A stretch of DNA of 64,000 nucleotides, from NCBI GenBank assembly GCA_044225365.1, contig JBGAIQ010000011.1, positions 84,782 through 148,781 of the forward strand, written 5' to 3'. Below the pieces are notes generated by a model. The model was not told the DNA's origin and did no database searches. It was given only the letters and a program-made list of their open reading frames with translations. Position numbers and translations under genes: made by a program. The DNA is from Planctomycetota bacterium. Its GTDB lineage: Bacteria > Planctomycetota > B15-G4 > JADJEK01. Below, in pieces: positions 29,501 to 38,867 of this stretch (positions are counted from its first letter, which is position 1; the number at the start of each line of letters is the position of its first letter).

Positions 29501-30505
29501 CGGCGGAAGCGTTCCGGACGCGCTCCCCTCGGGCGTCGAATCGATCGCGCCCGGCGCCGACAGCTCGTTCGAGAGATCGAGTTCGTCGCCGCTTCTCGTG
29601 GACGTGCCGCCCCGGACCACGGGCCTTGGCGGCCGCGACACACCCGGAGAGAGCGTGGGCAGCGTTGCGCTCCTGTCGCGAGACGGATCGCCGAAGACCT
29701 GCGATTCCGAGATCGTGATGTCGCCGCCGGGAACGGCGCGTCGCAGTGCGGCGATCACCTCGTCGAACGACTTCATTCGCTGCGAACGCTTCAACGCGAT
29801 GCAGTCGCGGATCACGTCGCGGAACGACTGCGGCACGAGACCGAGTGCGACCGAGAACGGCGCCTCCCCCGTGACCATGTGATACATCACTCCGCCGAAC
29901 GCGAAGATGTCGGGGCTCGGATCGAACTTGCCCTTCTCGACGAGCTCGCCGCCGAGATCGTAGGGATCGGGACGAATCGACGGACCGGGGAGTGAACCGA
30001 GTTCATCCATTCCGAAACCGGCGAGTCGGGCACTCCCATCCTCGCCAAAGACGATGTTGCTCGGTCGCACGTGACCATGCAGCACGTTCTTGCTATGCGC
30101 GAAGCTGAGCGCCTGCGCGACCGAGAGCGCGACCCGGAACGCATCCCGCTCGCCGAGCGGACCTTGCTCGAGGCGATGCGAGAGCGTGCCGTATTCGGGC
30201 CACTCGATCACGCAGTACGTCGACTGCGCATCGCGGGCGATGTCGAAGACGCGAACGATCGATGGATGAACGAGGGCTCGGGCCCGCGCGGCGTCGTTGC
30301 GAAAGCGCGCGATCGCCGTGGTGTCGTGGCTGACCTCGCCGCGCAATCGCTGGATCGCGACCTTCTTGCCGGAGCGACGATCTCGCGCCGGGAAGATCTC
30401 CGTCTGTTGACTGGCAATCTCCTCCCCGAGGAGTTCGAACGACTCCTCGAGAGGAGCAAACGGCAGATCATCGGCTTGCGGCATCGATCGCTTCTTCTCA
30501 CTCAC
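26543..30505 (-). CDS. Membrane Ser/Thr protein kinase: pseudokinase + kinase + TM + helical region + FGE-sulfatase (SUMF1-like) domain
   Basis: Domain 2 has VAIK, HRDIKPHN, DFG, YMAPE; domain 1 is degenerate; TM ILFLVLAAGGAAWW; RLPTEAEWEFAARAG, GNAAEWC, RGGHW, IGFRVV. Confidence 0.9.
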   Translation of the reverse strand: MSEKKRSMPQADDLPFAPLEESFELLGEEIASQQTEIFPARDRRSGKKVAIQRLRGEVSHDTTAIARFRNDAARARALVHPSIVRVFDIARDAQSTYCVIEWPEYGTLSHRLEQGPLGERDAFRVALSVAQALSFAHSKNVLHGHVRPSNIVFGEDGSARLAGFGMDELGSLPGPSIRPDPYDLGGELVEKGKFDPSPDIFAFGGVMYHMVTGEAPFSVALGLVPQSFRDVIRDCIALKRSQRMKSFDEVIAALRRAVPGGDITISESQVFGDPSRDRSATLPTLSPGVSRPPRPVVRGGTSTRSGDELDLSNELSAPGAIDSTPEGSASGTLPPSTPRSNGDGLDPGRSSKAGRTGSGSGSLGESRSASFPFRPADELYEIVGDPMMGGMGSVHKAVERATGRYVAIKRIHAQQQLDPNVIVRFHREAMSIAKLSHPHILQLLQPARDDEGDYLVLEWAAGGSLMDKVKATGKLSVYETLNVARKIGAALGYAHSKGVVHRDIKPHNILLTEGGEPKLADFGLVRATDEHSVSSTRGAAGTLLYMAPEQWVDAHAADQRSDIFSLGKTLYHLLTGMKPVAIDPEKIPQEIRPVILRCLEEEPSKRYQSVEEMLAQIEPTSMAQGSSGLAKVLATILFLVLAAGGAAWWQRDRVENWLGLKSPVAPVRNSDGTSAPTINLADASKLVEEFNREQNARRVPIEELARQSESLRTALGSFKEASHSAEAERTAQVKAALDAVDSEIETTRRTIDRTTTKDELLEVDRSIETVKAKLSALETTLSESGPLFAARRSAEGTLASSEQKLTAAKGLVESETFQALEQRMKAHRSRLEKLHSDLPSMKGDGRNDFDSLANEAVALANDLREAIVLASQSDAEHAGELSDRRFALLESLGLQAEQLDALRGNQSKSEADAARAANEAHDAFKALEQRIGLVAAAFPLPDVVKGRIDSAREDLSMADAALAARRPSAAIRASGAAHAAIETAERSLEDELVARIDGPSPGYSQKVVTTALTVLAEIAPNNPRRHALERRASFAPGCPEGFEVIVPRRGVSGLAKVVRHQKSGIEFALIEPGSFVPSLAAPNATTPRVTISKSFYIARYETTVGQFRRFVEAKDDPFHAEGDEFPLASPFGKGIEYGDSYPVVRVRAEQAERFCKWAGDGIRLPTEAEWEFAARAGSPGPYWWGDARSDLKDRENVLGPATKAVRRELMYGAFDFDDGITYLAPVGTFKKYGFNANLLFDTVGNAAEWCADAYSANPFAGADAFRDPLVTGGDGVDPESRVVRGGHWKSNPDATSCATRTSVLRSEYPDTIGFRVVVTP

Positions 30506-30697
30506 GAACCGAGCGCGGTAATCGAAGTCAACGGACGAGATTCGACGAAGAGCTTAGGGACCCTCGCTGAATCCGCAACGCGAGCCCGACGTCTCGGTCC
30601 GCCGTCCCGATGCGCGGCGTAGAATCTCCCACTCGCCGCGTCGCCGAAGCGCCGGGCGGACTTCACACTTCGCCCCCCGCTTGCCAGGTCGACGTCG

Positions 30698-32353
30698 TTG
30701 CGCCGCATCCTCGGAATCGCTCTGGTCCTTGCGATACTGTTCGTGTTGCGCACGCCGCGCATCACGGCAGATGGCCTCCAGTACTGCCTCGACTCGCGCA
30801 GCGGAGCCGATTTCTTCCATCCTCATCACCTGCTCACGACACCCGCCATCCACTTCGTTCACGCGGTCCTGAACGCGGTCGGCATCGCAGCGGACGAGAT
30901 CCTCGCCGGGCGAATCCACAGCCTGTTCTTTACAGCGGTCCTCGGCCTTTCCTTCCTCGCCCTCCTGCGCTCCGTGTTCGGCAAGGACGCCGTATCGCCC
31001 TTCGAGCCCCTGGCCCTCGTTTTCACGTACGGCGTCGCCACGTTCGCATCGCAACCGGAGTCGTACACGGCTTCGCTCGCCTGCCTCGTCCTCGCGTTCT
31101 ACGTCGTGAGCCAAGAAGGTCGCCTGCGCCACGGGCTCGTCGCGGCGCTCCTTCTCGCGCTCGCCGTGCTCTATCACCAACTCGCGGTGCTCTCCGGTTT
31201 GCCGCTCCTCGGCTACGGACTGTTTCGGCGCGAGAGGCGGGGCGTCGTGCTGGTATGCCTCACCGTGTCGGCCTCGCTCGTGCTGCTGGCCTACGTCGCA
31301 GCCCATCGCGCGAGTTCCTCGCCGCAATCGCTCGTCGAGTTCGCATTGCACTACTCCAAGAACGGTCTTCCCGGGTGGGGCGAGGAAGCGAACTTCGGGA
31401 GCCGCGGGATCGCGAGCTTCGGGAACTCGATCCTGCACAGCGTCACGGGAGCGCTCCCCAACGGCGAATCGCGTGGACGGGGCATCGTCGTCGTGCTCGT
31501 GCTCGCTTTGCTGATCGGTGCGAACGCGATCGAGTTCCTGCGGCGCCGCGAGCGCAATGCGGTCGCCGACCCTGCGATGCGCGGCGCGAGCATCGTCGCC
31601 GTGATCGTCTACTCGATCTTCCTCGTGTGGTGGATCCCGGCGCTCAGCAAGTACGAGCTGTATCTCCTGCCGCATCTCTATCTGCTCGCGCGCTTCCTCG
31701 CGATCGACCACGCGTCGCCGGAGCCTTTGCGACGTCGGGTTCCGTTCGCAGTGCTCGCATTCGCGGGAACGATCGTCCTCGCACGACTCCTCCCCGAACA
31801 TCTCGAACCGCATGTTCCGAGGGAGCGCGCCGCACGACTTGCGCGCGTGGGCGGCCCCGGGACGATTCGGATCTGCGATTTCGAGACCGCGAATTTCCTC
31901 CGCTACGACCACGGCGACGCTCTGGTGATGCCCGCGCAGGTCATCCTCTACTGCGCCTACAACGGGACGTTCGAGCGCGTGAAGGGCCGCATCGCCGATC
32001 CGCTCAGTAACGCTTCGACGATCGTGATCCCGCTCTCGGAACTGGCTCCGACCTATGAAGCCTATGGTCGCAACGCCGACTCGAATCCCGCGGCATGGCG
32101 GCAATTCGCGCTCTGGCTCTTCGATCTGCGCGCCGGTGGGTCACCGCAGGGTGCGGGCACCCGGCGGGCGTTCGAGGTCGAATCCCTCGAGGGCGGCGAG
32201 TTCGTCGTCGTGATGAGTCAGGACCGCGTCGCCACGAAAGGGCTCGCGGAAGTCTTCGAGGCGCTCGACGCCAAGATCGCCGCGCGATCGGCCGATCCAT
32301 CGCTCGTGCGCTTTCGGGTGTGGGACGAGCGCGTCCGCATGGCGCGGCACTGA
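30698..32353 (+). CDS. Polytopic membrane protein, possibly GT-C glycosyltransferase-like
   Basis: About 10 hydrophobic segments; DG..Y, HPHHLL, ESY, LAVLYHQ motifs; soluble C-terminal domain. TTG start uncertain. Confidence 0.6.
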   Translation: MRRILGIALVLAILFVLRTPRITADGLQYCLDSRSGADFFHPHHLLTTPAIHFVHAVLNAVGIAADEILAGRIHSLFFTAVLGLSFLALLRSVFGKDAVSPFEPLALVFTYGVATFASQPESYTASLACLVLAFYVVSQEGRLRHGLVAALLLALAVLYHQLAVLSGLPLLGYGLFRRERRGVVLVCLTVSASLVLLAYVAAHRASSSPQSLVEFALHYSKNGLPGWGEEANFGSRGIASFGNSILHSVTGALPNGESRGRGIVVVLVLALLIGANAIEFLRRRERNAVADPAMRGASIVAVIVYSIFLVWWIPALSKYELYLLPHLYLLARFLAIDHASPEPLRRRVPFAVLAFAGTIVLARLLPEHLEPHVPRERAARLARVGGPGTIRICDFETANFLRYDHGDALVMPAQVILYCAYNGTFERVKGRIADPLSNASTIVIPLSELAPTYEAYGRNADSNPAAWRQFALWLFDLRAGGSPQGAGTRRAFEVESLEGGEFVVVMSQDRVATKGLAEVFEALDAKIAARSADPSLVRFRVWDERVRMARH

Positions 32354-32358
32354 GCGCT

Positions 32359-33207
32359 TCAGATGTCGCTCGTCCGTACGAAGTCGAACGTCGAGTCGAG
32401 TTCGCCGAACGTGACGACGCTTGCACTCGCGCTGGGCTCGATTCCTCGCGCTCTCAATTCGAGGGCGAGCGGGCTCCCGCGTGGCACGCAGAACATGTGC
32501 ACCGCATCCGACGAGAACGCCGGGGTCGAGTGCGGTCCGTTCGCGCCATCGCCGTACCGAAGGTGCAGCAGGTGCATGGGCCGACCCGTGCTCCGTAGCA
32601 CGATGTCCTTCTTGCCGCGGAGATCGATGAGCGTGAGCGAGCCGAGATGCGATTCGAGGAGAGATGATTGGGCCTCGATCTGCGGGCCGGATAGCGAGAA
32701 CAGATCGAGGGTCGCTGGGGTCTTGGGCGCAGGTGAGACGAAGCGCGAGAGATACGGGACGAGCCGATTCGCGCCCGTGGCGTCGTTCATCGAGATCGCG
32801 TAAGCCGCGTTCGCCGAAGCAGCGGCATCGCTGCGAAAAGCGTTCACGAGGGGCAATGCGATGCGGTGGCGCAGCGCGTTGCGATTCGCCTTGAGATCGC
32901 ACAGATACCACGCGAGGCGAGTTCCGCCGTCGCGAAGGGGAACGCGCCGCAGCACCGCCGCGAGCACGCCGAGGATCGTGTCGCCGTCGAGCGCGACGTA
33001 GGAACGCAAGGGCTCGAGCGATCCGTGCTCTATCGTCACTGCAAGGCGGCGGAAGAACGCGAAGTAGTCGGCGCCGCCTCGCCCGTGATCGATCTCGAAT
33101 CGATCGTCGCCGAGCGGATACGTGATGCCCCGTTCGAGCGCGGCGATGCGACGGCCGAAACCGTCGAGTTCCGCGGATTCGAGGCGCCGTACGACGAGAC
33201 CCGTCAT
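32359..33207 (-). CDS. GNAT/N-acyltransferase-like protein
   Basis: Start ATG 33207 overlaps the upstream stop (ATGA); YVALDGDTILGVLAAVLR strand pair followed by AWYLCDLK, a GNAT-like arrangement. Confidence 0.65.
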   Translation of the reverse strand: MTGLVVRRLESAELDGFGRRIAALERGITYPLGDDRFEIDHGRGGADYFAFFRRLAVTIEHGSLEPLRSYVALDGDTILGVLAAVLRRVPLRDGGTRLAWYLCDLKANRNALRHRIALPLVNAFRSDAAASANAAYAISMNDATGANRLVPYLSRFVSPAPKTPATLDLFSLSGPQIEAQSSLLESHLGSLTLIDLRGKKDIVLRSTGRPMHLLHLRYGDGANGPHSTPAFSSDAVHMFCVPRGSPLALELRARGIEPSASASVVTFGELDSTFDFVRTSDI

Positions 33208-33950
33208 GTCGCCCTCGTATGGAGCCCCGCTCGACCATGGCCCCGTGACGACGCTCGACGCCCCCGCGACCGATACAAGTCGCGATAGAGACGGTCGAAG
33301 ACGTACGCACCTTGACGCAAGCCCTGTTCGACGTAGTAGCGACCTTCGTCCGACGCTTCGTAGGACGGCCGCAGCACCGCGAAGAAGTCGTCGGAGTGAC
33401 GCCAATCGAGTTTCTCGTGGAGCGAGTAGTGAATCATCTCCTCCTGCTTCAGGAACCCGCGCGCGACGATCGCCTGACCGATCCACGTCGAGATGTCGGC
33501 GAACATCCGCTCGATGATTCCCATCGTGCCCGCGCTCACGGCGAACTCGTCCATCAGCGATGCGCCGACGAGCGTGGTGTTGAACGCGCGGACCTCCGGC
33601 CACAACGCGCGCGCGTCGATATCGATGGGCGAGATCCCCGCCATTCGCCGCAGCAACTCCTGGAACGTCTCGCCGTGCATCAGCGATGCATCGCCCTCGC
33701 CGTGCTCTTCCCACACGTTGCGGAGAACTTCGAGGCGCTGGCGCGGAAAGGGGATCTTGGCCGCGACGGCCGCCATCGGACGACTGAAGAAGATGACGGC
33801 GAAATAGAACTGGATCTGGGTCTCGACGAAATCGTCCTTCGTGAACGAGCCGTCGCGCAGTGCTGCGAAATAGGGATTGTCGCGATAACCCGACTCTTCG
33901 AGGACGCGCGCGACGAGGGCGTCGAACGATAGGGACTCCGTAGTCGTCAT
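33204..33950 (-). CDS. Heme-oxygenase-like diiron oxidase (CADD/PqqC/TenA fold, iron-containing redox enzyme)
   Basis: NVWEEHGEG....HG, IIERMF, HYSLHEKLDWRHS give the E/H/E/H/D/H diiron ligand pattern; ATGA overlaps at both ends. Confidence 0.82.
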   Translation of the reverse strand: MTTTESLSFDALVARVLEESGYRDNPYFAALRDGSFTKDDFVETQIQFYFAVIFFSRPMAAVAAKIPFPRQRLEVLRNVWEEHGEGDASLMHGETFQELLRRMAGISPIDIDARALWPEVRAFNTTLVGASLMDEFAVSAGTMGIIERMFADISTWIGQAIVARGFLKQEEMIHYSLHEKLDWRHSDDFFAVLRPSYEASDEGRYYVEQGLRQGAYVFDRLYRDLYRSRGRRASSRGHGRAGLHTRAT

Positions 33951-34948
33951 GAGCGATCTCCCATTCCGGCGCGGCGGACGCCGACGTGCAGACTCGAGTA
34001 GAACAGGCTGCGATCGGCGGCGAGTAACGGCCGCGTGAAGTCGGCGTCGAACTCGAATGCTGCGCGGAAGCGTGCTTCGTGGTCGGCCATGTTGTTCAAC
34101 TGGCGGTAGACGATCACGGTGCCGGGCCGAGTCGTCGTGACGAGCCTTGTCGCGAGACGATCGATCTCCGCAGGATCCATCCAGTCGAGCACGTTCGACA
34201 AGTCGATGAGGTCGAAGCGGAAGAAGTCCTCGAGGTCCTCCAGTCGCGCATTCGTCGTCTCGATTCCATGCACGGGCGGAAGGACGCGCAGGTAGTCGGG
34301 CCAGCTCGCGGGATCCTCGCGGTAGGCCCCGAGGAAGACGTGGTGGAGGAAGTAGTTCGTGGCGGCGTCGTCGCGCAGCAGGCCGCGTTCGAAGCGCTCG
34401 CGGAAGTACTTCGGATAACTGCCCGGCTCGGCGTATCGCGTCGCGGCCGCCGTGAACATCGTCTCGAGCAGTTCGTTCGAGAAGAACAACTCGAACGCGA
34501 CCTTCCAGTAGGGCGAGGCGAACCAAGTTCGCAGCGATTCGTGATCGCGGGCACCGCCATCGAAGAACGCCCGGAACTCCGCGTCGCTCGCGACGAACTC
34601 GTTCAGGAAGGAGCGCAGTTGCGCGAAGAGGGATTCGAAGTTGCCCCGTTGCGTCAGGCCTTTGGGCATTGGATGACCGATCCCGAACATCTGTTGGAGG
34701 TCCGCGGGGTCGGCATCGTTCGCGGAACGCGCGAGCACCTCGATCTTCCGCCTCACGAGTTCGAGTTGCGCCGGATTGGGGTCGACGAGGACGAGGTCGA
34801 TGCGGGGATGCGTCGCGCGCAGCGAGAACGCCGTGCAGCCGCCCGAGGCCACGAGCAAGACGTGTCTCGCCCCGTACTTAGCGACGATCGCCTGTTCGAT
34901 CCGCGGGTCCTCACGAACGACGGCGAACTGGATCGGCGGGTTCCTCAT
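33947..34948 (-). CDS. DUF3419/BtaA-like SAM-dependent 3-amino-3-carboxypropyl transferase
   Basis: [36 protein letters not shown] match motifs of the BtaA/DUF3419 family. Confidence 0.8.
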   Translation of the reverse strand: MRNPPIQFAVVREDPRIEQAIVAKYGARHVLLVASGGCTAFSLRATHPRIDLVLVDPNPAQLELVRRKIEVLARSANDADPADLQQMFGIGHPMPKGLTQRGNFESLFAQLRSFLNEFVASDAEFRAFFDGGARDHESLRTWFASPYWKVAFELFFSNELLETMFTAAATRYAEPGSYPKYFRERFERGLLRDDAATNYFLHHVFLGAYREDPASWPDYLRVLPPVHGIETTNARLEDLEDFFRFDLIDLSNVLDWMDPAEIDRLATRLVTTTRPGTVIVYRQLNNMADHEARFRAAFEFDADFTRPLLAADRSLFYSSLHVGVRRAGMGDRS

Positions 34949-35126
34949 CGGCGGCCTCTTGGAAGATCGAGCGGGTAGGACGGCGCGGCCGCGCCCATTC
35001 GGTTCGTTCGCTCACGCCTTCTGTAGTTGCAACCCACGGACCGCGCGGCTTCAATCGTCGGTGCGGCGCATTTGGTTGCGGCGCACGAGTCGAACCGTCA
35101 TCCAACCTCACACCCAAAGCCCTCTC

Positions 35127-36110
35127 ATGTCGAAGCCCATCCGTGTCGCGATCACTGGCGCCGCAGGTCAGATCGGTTACTCCCTCCTCTACCCCATCGC
35201 GCAGGGCGCCATGCTCGGCGCGGATCAGCCGGTCATCCTGCAACTCCTCGAATTGCCCGTCGCCGCGAAGGCGCTCGACGGCGTCGCGATGGAGCTCGTC
35301 GACTGCGGATATCCGCTGCTCCACGGGATCGAGACCTCGACCGAGCCGATGAAGGCGTTCAAGGACGCGGACGTAATCATGCTCGTCGGCAGCAAGCCGC
35401 GCGGACCGGGTCAATCGCGCGCCGACCTCATCCGCGACAACGGACCGATCTTCGTCGGCCAAGGCCAGGCGATCGATCAGGTCGCGTCGAAGGACGCGAA
35501 GATCATCGTCGTCGGCAATCCGTGCAATACGAACTGCCTCATCGCCGCGGCGCAGAGCAAGCGCATCCCGCGCCAGAACTTCACCGCGATGACACGCCTC
35601 GACCACAATCGCGCGCTCGGTCAGATCGCGAGCAAGGCCGGCACGACCTCGAACGCGATCAAGAACGTCATCATCTGGGGCAACCACTCCGACACGATGG
35701 TTCCCGACCTCGAGCACGCGACGGTCAGCGGCAAGCCCGCGCTCTCGACGCTCGACGGCGAATGGCTGAAGGGCGCGTTCGACACCACGGTTCGCACGCG
35801 CGGCAAGCAGATCATCGACGCGCGCGGGAAGTCGTCGGCGGCCTCCGCGGCGCAATCGGCGATGGACCACATCCACGATTGGGCAAAGGGCACGGGTCAC
35901 AACGACTACACGTCGATGGCCGTTCCGAGCGACGGCAGCTACGGGGTGCCCGAAGGTCTCATCTTCTCGTTCCCCTGCCGCGTGAAGTCGCCATGGCAGT
36001 ACGAGATCGTGAAGGACCTGAAGGTCAGCGACGACATCAAGTCCCGCATGAAGAAGACGATCGACGAGCTCGTCTCCGAGCGCGAGACGGTGAGGGACCT
36101 GCTCGTCTGA
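35127..36110 (+). CDS. mdh: Malate dehydrogenase
   Basis: [48 protein letters not shown]. Confidence 0.96.
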   Translation: MSKPIRVAITGAAGQIGYSLLYPIAQGAMLGADQPVILQLLELPVAAKALDGVAMELVDCGYPLLHGIETSTEPMKAFKDADVIMLVGSKPRGPGQSRADLIRDNGPIFVGQGQAIDQVASKDAKIIVVGNPCNTNCLIAAAQSKRIPRQNFTAMTRLDHNRALGQIASKAGTTSNAIKNVIIWGNHSDTMVPDLEHATVSGKPALSTLDGEWLKGAFDTTVRTRGKQIIDARGKSSAASAAQSAMDHIHDWAKGTGHNDYTSMAVPSDGSYGVPEGLIFSFPCRVKSPWQYEIVKDLKVSDDIKSRMKKTIDELVSERETVRDLLV

Positions 36111-36311
36111 TCTCCGATGTTCGGTCGCCGCTCGTCCCTGACGTGCGGCTAACTGGAAGTTTGCCTCGACCCGCCTCCCGTGTCGTTCGACGCGAGGAGG
36201 CGGCGTCGTTGCATAGGGTGACGAACAACGGAACTCGTCGGGATCGAACGCCGAACCCATCGCAGAAGAGACCACCGCGGCACGGCACCCAGAGAATGAT
36301 CGAGAGATCGC

Positions 36312-36338
36312 TGTCGAAATTCAGCGCGGTCGATCGTC
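36312..36338 (+). promoter_or_regulatory. ECF42-type promoter upstream of the YciI/DGPF gene
   Basis: TGTCGA-N17-CGTC; matches the ECF42 consensus (-35 TGTCGA, -10 CG(A/T)C). Confidence 0.75.
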
Positions 36339-36396
36339 TTTTCCTCCCGACAGGTTCCCGGATCCCTGCGTATTCCCGTTTTCGAAAGGACGCACC

Positions 36397-36762
36397 ATGC
36401 CGAAGTTCATGCTCATCCTGCGCGATGATCCCGCAACGTACTCCGATTACAGTCCGCAGCAGTTCGAGGACTTGCTCGCCAAGTACCAAACGTGGACGGC
36501 TCGCCTCGCTGCCGAGGGTCGTATCGATCTCGGCCGTAAGCTCACGGACGACAGCGGCAAGATCCTGCGCAAGAAGGACGGAAAACTCGTCGTGAAGGAC
36601 GGTCCGTTCAACGAGACGAAGGAAGTCGTCGGGGGCTTCTACATCATCAAGGCAGACGACTACGCCCACGCTGTAGAACTCTGCGCCGAACACCCCGCCT
36701 ATGCGACGGCGGGCAGCGTCGAGATCCGCCAAGTCGATTTCATGGGCGGTCCCGAGGAGTGA
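36397..36762 (+). CDS. YciI-family (DGPF) protein
   Basis: DGPFNETKEVVGGFYII, GSVEIR; AAAGGA RBS. Confidence 0.93.
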   Translation: MPKFMLILRDDPATYSDYSPQQFEDLLAKYQTWTARLAAEGRIDLGRKLTDDSGKILRKKDGKLVVKDGPFNETKEVVGGFYIIKADDYAHAVELCAEHPAYATAGSVEIRQVDFMGGPEE

Positions 36763-36763
36763 G

Positions 36764-38068
36764 GTGACGGAGCCTCGCACGATCTCGTACGATCCATCGC
36801 CGTCGAGGCGGATCGAGCATGTGTTCCGACATCAGTACGGTCAGGTAGTCGCCGCGCTCCTGAGGAGCTTCGGCCCGTCGCGGCTCGCGCTCGTCGAGGA
36901 TGTCGTTCAGGAAGCCCTGGTCCAAGCGCTACGCACTTGGCCGTTCCAGGGCATTCCGAAACACCCGGACTCCTGGCTCATCCAGGTCGCTCGGAATCGC
37001 GCGCTCGATGTCGTTCGCCGCGAACGGCTTGGGGACAGGAAGCTCCTCGAACTCGCCACGTGGGGAGCGGTCAGCCGCGATGAGGACGCCGTCAAGCCTT
37101 CGGAGACGGGCCTCATCGCGGACGACACATTGAGACTCATCTTCATGTCGTGCCATCCGCAGCTCGCTCCGGAAGTCCGAATTGCTCTGACGCTGAAGAT
37201 CGTCTGTGGATTCGGAGTTGCCGAGGTAGCGCGGGCTCTCCTCGCGAAGGAGACCGCAATCTCGCAACGCCTCGTTCGCGCGAAGTCCTGGCTCGCAGAG
37301 CACGACGTCCCTTTCGACGTACCCTCACCGACAGCGTTTCCGGACCGCCTCGATTCGGTGCTCGAGGTCCTCTACCTGATGTTCAATGAGGGCTACTCGA
37401 CTCATCACGGTCAGACTCTCGTTCGAGTCGAGCTCGTCGAAGAGGCGCTGAGACTCGTCGACCTCGCGCTCGAACATCCGGATCTGCAACGCCCGAAAGT
37501 TCACGCGCTGCGCGCGATCTTCCTGCTCCAGGGCTCGCGACTCGCCGCACGGCAAGCCGACGGGGGCGAGTTGCTCACGCTCGCGAATCAAGATCGCTCG
37601 CTCTGGAATCGCAGTTGGATCGCCGCGGGACTCACCGAGTTCGATCGCTCGATCGTCGGTGACGAGTTGTCGCCGTTCCATGTCGAAGCGGCGATTGCGG
37701 CCCTGCATGCCAGCGCCCGTACTTACGCCGATACGGACTGGAGAGCGATCCTCCTCCACTACGACACTCTGCAGCGTCTCGTCGATTCGCCGATCGTGAC
37801 GCTCAACCGCGCGGTGGCAGTAGCGAAAGTCCGTGGATTCGCCGCGGCTCTTCGAGAACTCGACTCGATTTCCAATCGGCCCCAGCTTGCGCGTTATCAC
37901 CTCTTCGCCGCGGTGCGCGGGCTCCTTCTATGGACGATCGGAGATCCCGAGGCGGCGGCCGTGGAGTTCGAGAGAGCCGCGAACGAGGCGGGGGCCGAAC
38001 CGGAACGCACGTTCCTCGAGCGGCGCGCCGAACTCTGCCGGAGCGGAGCGCCGCCCCCGGAATTCTGA
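36764..38068 (+). CDS. ECF42-group sigma factor with C-terminal TPR-like extension
   Basis: EDVVQEA, WL..VARNRALD, DDTLRLIFMSCHP, QRLVRAK, LYLMFNEGY, QDRSLW, IVTLNRAVA; adjacent to a DGPF gene. Confidence 0.92.
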   Translation: MTEPRTISYDPSPSRRIEHVFRHQYGQVVAALLRSFGPSRLALVEDVVQEALVQALRTWPFQGIPKHPDSWLIQVARNRALDVVRRERLGDRKLLELATWGAVSRDEDAVKPSETGLIADDTLRLIFMSCHPQLAPEVRIALTLKIVCGFGVAEVARALLAKETAISQRLVRAKSWLAEHDVPFDVPSPTAFPDRLDSVLEVLYLMFNEGYSTHHGQTLVRVELVEEALRLVDLALEHPDLQRPKVHALRAIFLLQGSRLAARQADGGELLTLANQDRSLWNRSWIAAGLTEFDRSIVGDELSPFHVEAAIAALHASARTYADTDWRAILLHYDTLQRLVDSPIVTLNRAVAVAKVRGFAAALRELDSISNRPQLARYHLFAAVRGLLLWTIGDPEAAAVEFERAANEAGAEPERTFLERRAELCRSGAPPPEF

Positions 38069-38074
38069 AACGAC

Positions 38075-38101
38075 TGTCGAATCGACGAGTCGCCAATCGT
38101 C
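38075..38101 (+). promoter_or_regulatory. Second ECF42-type promoter upstream of the VOC gene
   Basis: TGTCGA-N17-CGTC, identical boxes and spacing to 36312-36338. Confidence 0.72.
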
Positions 38102-38142
38102 CTCGACGAGCCGCCCAATCACCCCTCGATTAGGATCCCTCC

Positions 38143-38610
38143 GTGTTGCGAAAAACCATGTTGTTCACCGGCGTCGCATTGCTCGTTCCGTTCCTGGTTC
38201 TCGCGTCCGACGGCAAGAAAGACGAGAAGCCTCCCATGCGATGGGAGGGCAGTTTGATCGTCTCCCTCGAGGTCAAGGATCTAGCGGCGGCGAAGAAGTG
38301 GTATGCCGAGACCCTCGGCGCGACGGTTCATTACGAGCTCGCGGAACAGGGTTGGTGCGAGATGACGACGCCCGTCGCAAACACTCTGATCGGGTTGTCT
38401 CAGATGGCGGCCGGCGCCAAGGCGCGCGGGCGAGGTGCGGTCACCGTGATCTTCGGTGTCACCAACATCGAGGACTCGCGCGCCTTCCTGGTGAAGCGGG
38501 GTGTGAAGGTCGCCGAGATCTACGAAATCCCGCAGGTCGTCAAACTGCTCGCGTTCGAGGATCCGGACGGAAATCTGCTCGAGTTCCACCAACCGTATGT
38601 TGCCAAGTGA
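38143..38610 (+). CDS. VOC/glyoxalase-family protein with N-terminal signal-like segment
   Basis: VKDLAAAKKWYAETLG, FEDPDGNLLEF; alternative ATG at 38158. Confidence 0.85.
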   Translation: MLRKTMLFTGVALLVPFLVLASDGKKDEKPPMRWEGSLIVSLEVKDLAAAKKWYAETLGATVHYELAEQGWCEMTTPVANTLIGLSQMAAGAKARGRGAVTVIFGVTNIEDSRAFLVKRGVKVAEIYEIPQVVKLLAFEDPDGNLLEFHQPYVAK

Positions 38611-38867
38611 CGCTTCCGCAGCGGAGTCCCTAAAGGGTAGATGATCCCGGTGATCCCGTGGATGGACCGACGATCGCAGCAAGCGATTCGCGGTTCGAAC
38701 GGAGCCCGGGAAGACCTACTCCCGAAACGCGCCCCGGGCCCTACTGGTGGAAAGCGTGCTGTGGCACCCCCGCGTCGAGATCTTCGAGGCAGACCCGAAC
38801 CCGAGACGACGGAGCATCCAATCGCGTTCGAAAACGGCGGTCACGGACCGCGTCCGCCGCCGCCGTT

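Noticed and set aside
33947-34948. Standard btaAB betaine-lipid (DGTS) locus
   Set aside because: No BtaB-like methyltransferase is adjacent and the partners are an HDO and a GNAT, so no gene symbol was assigned.
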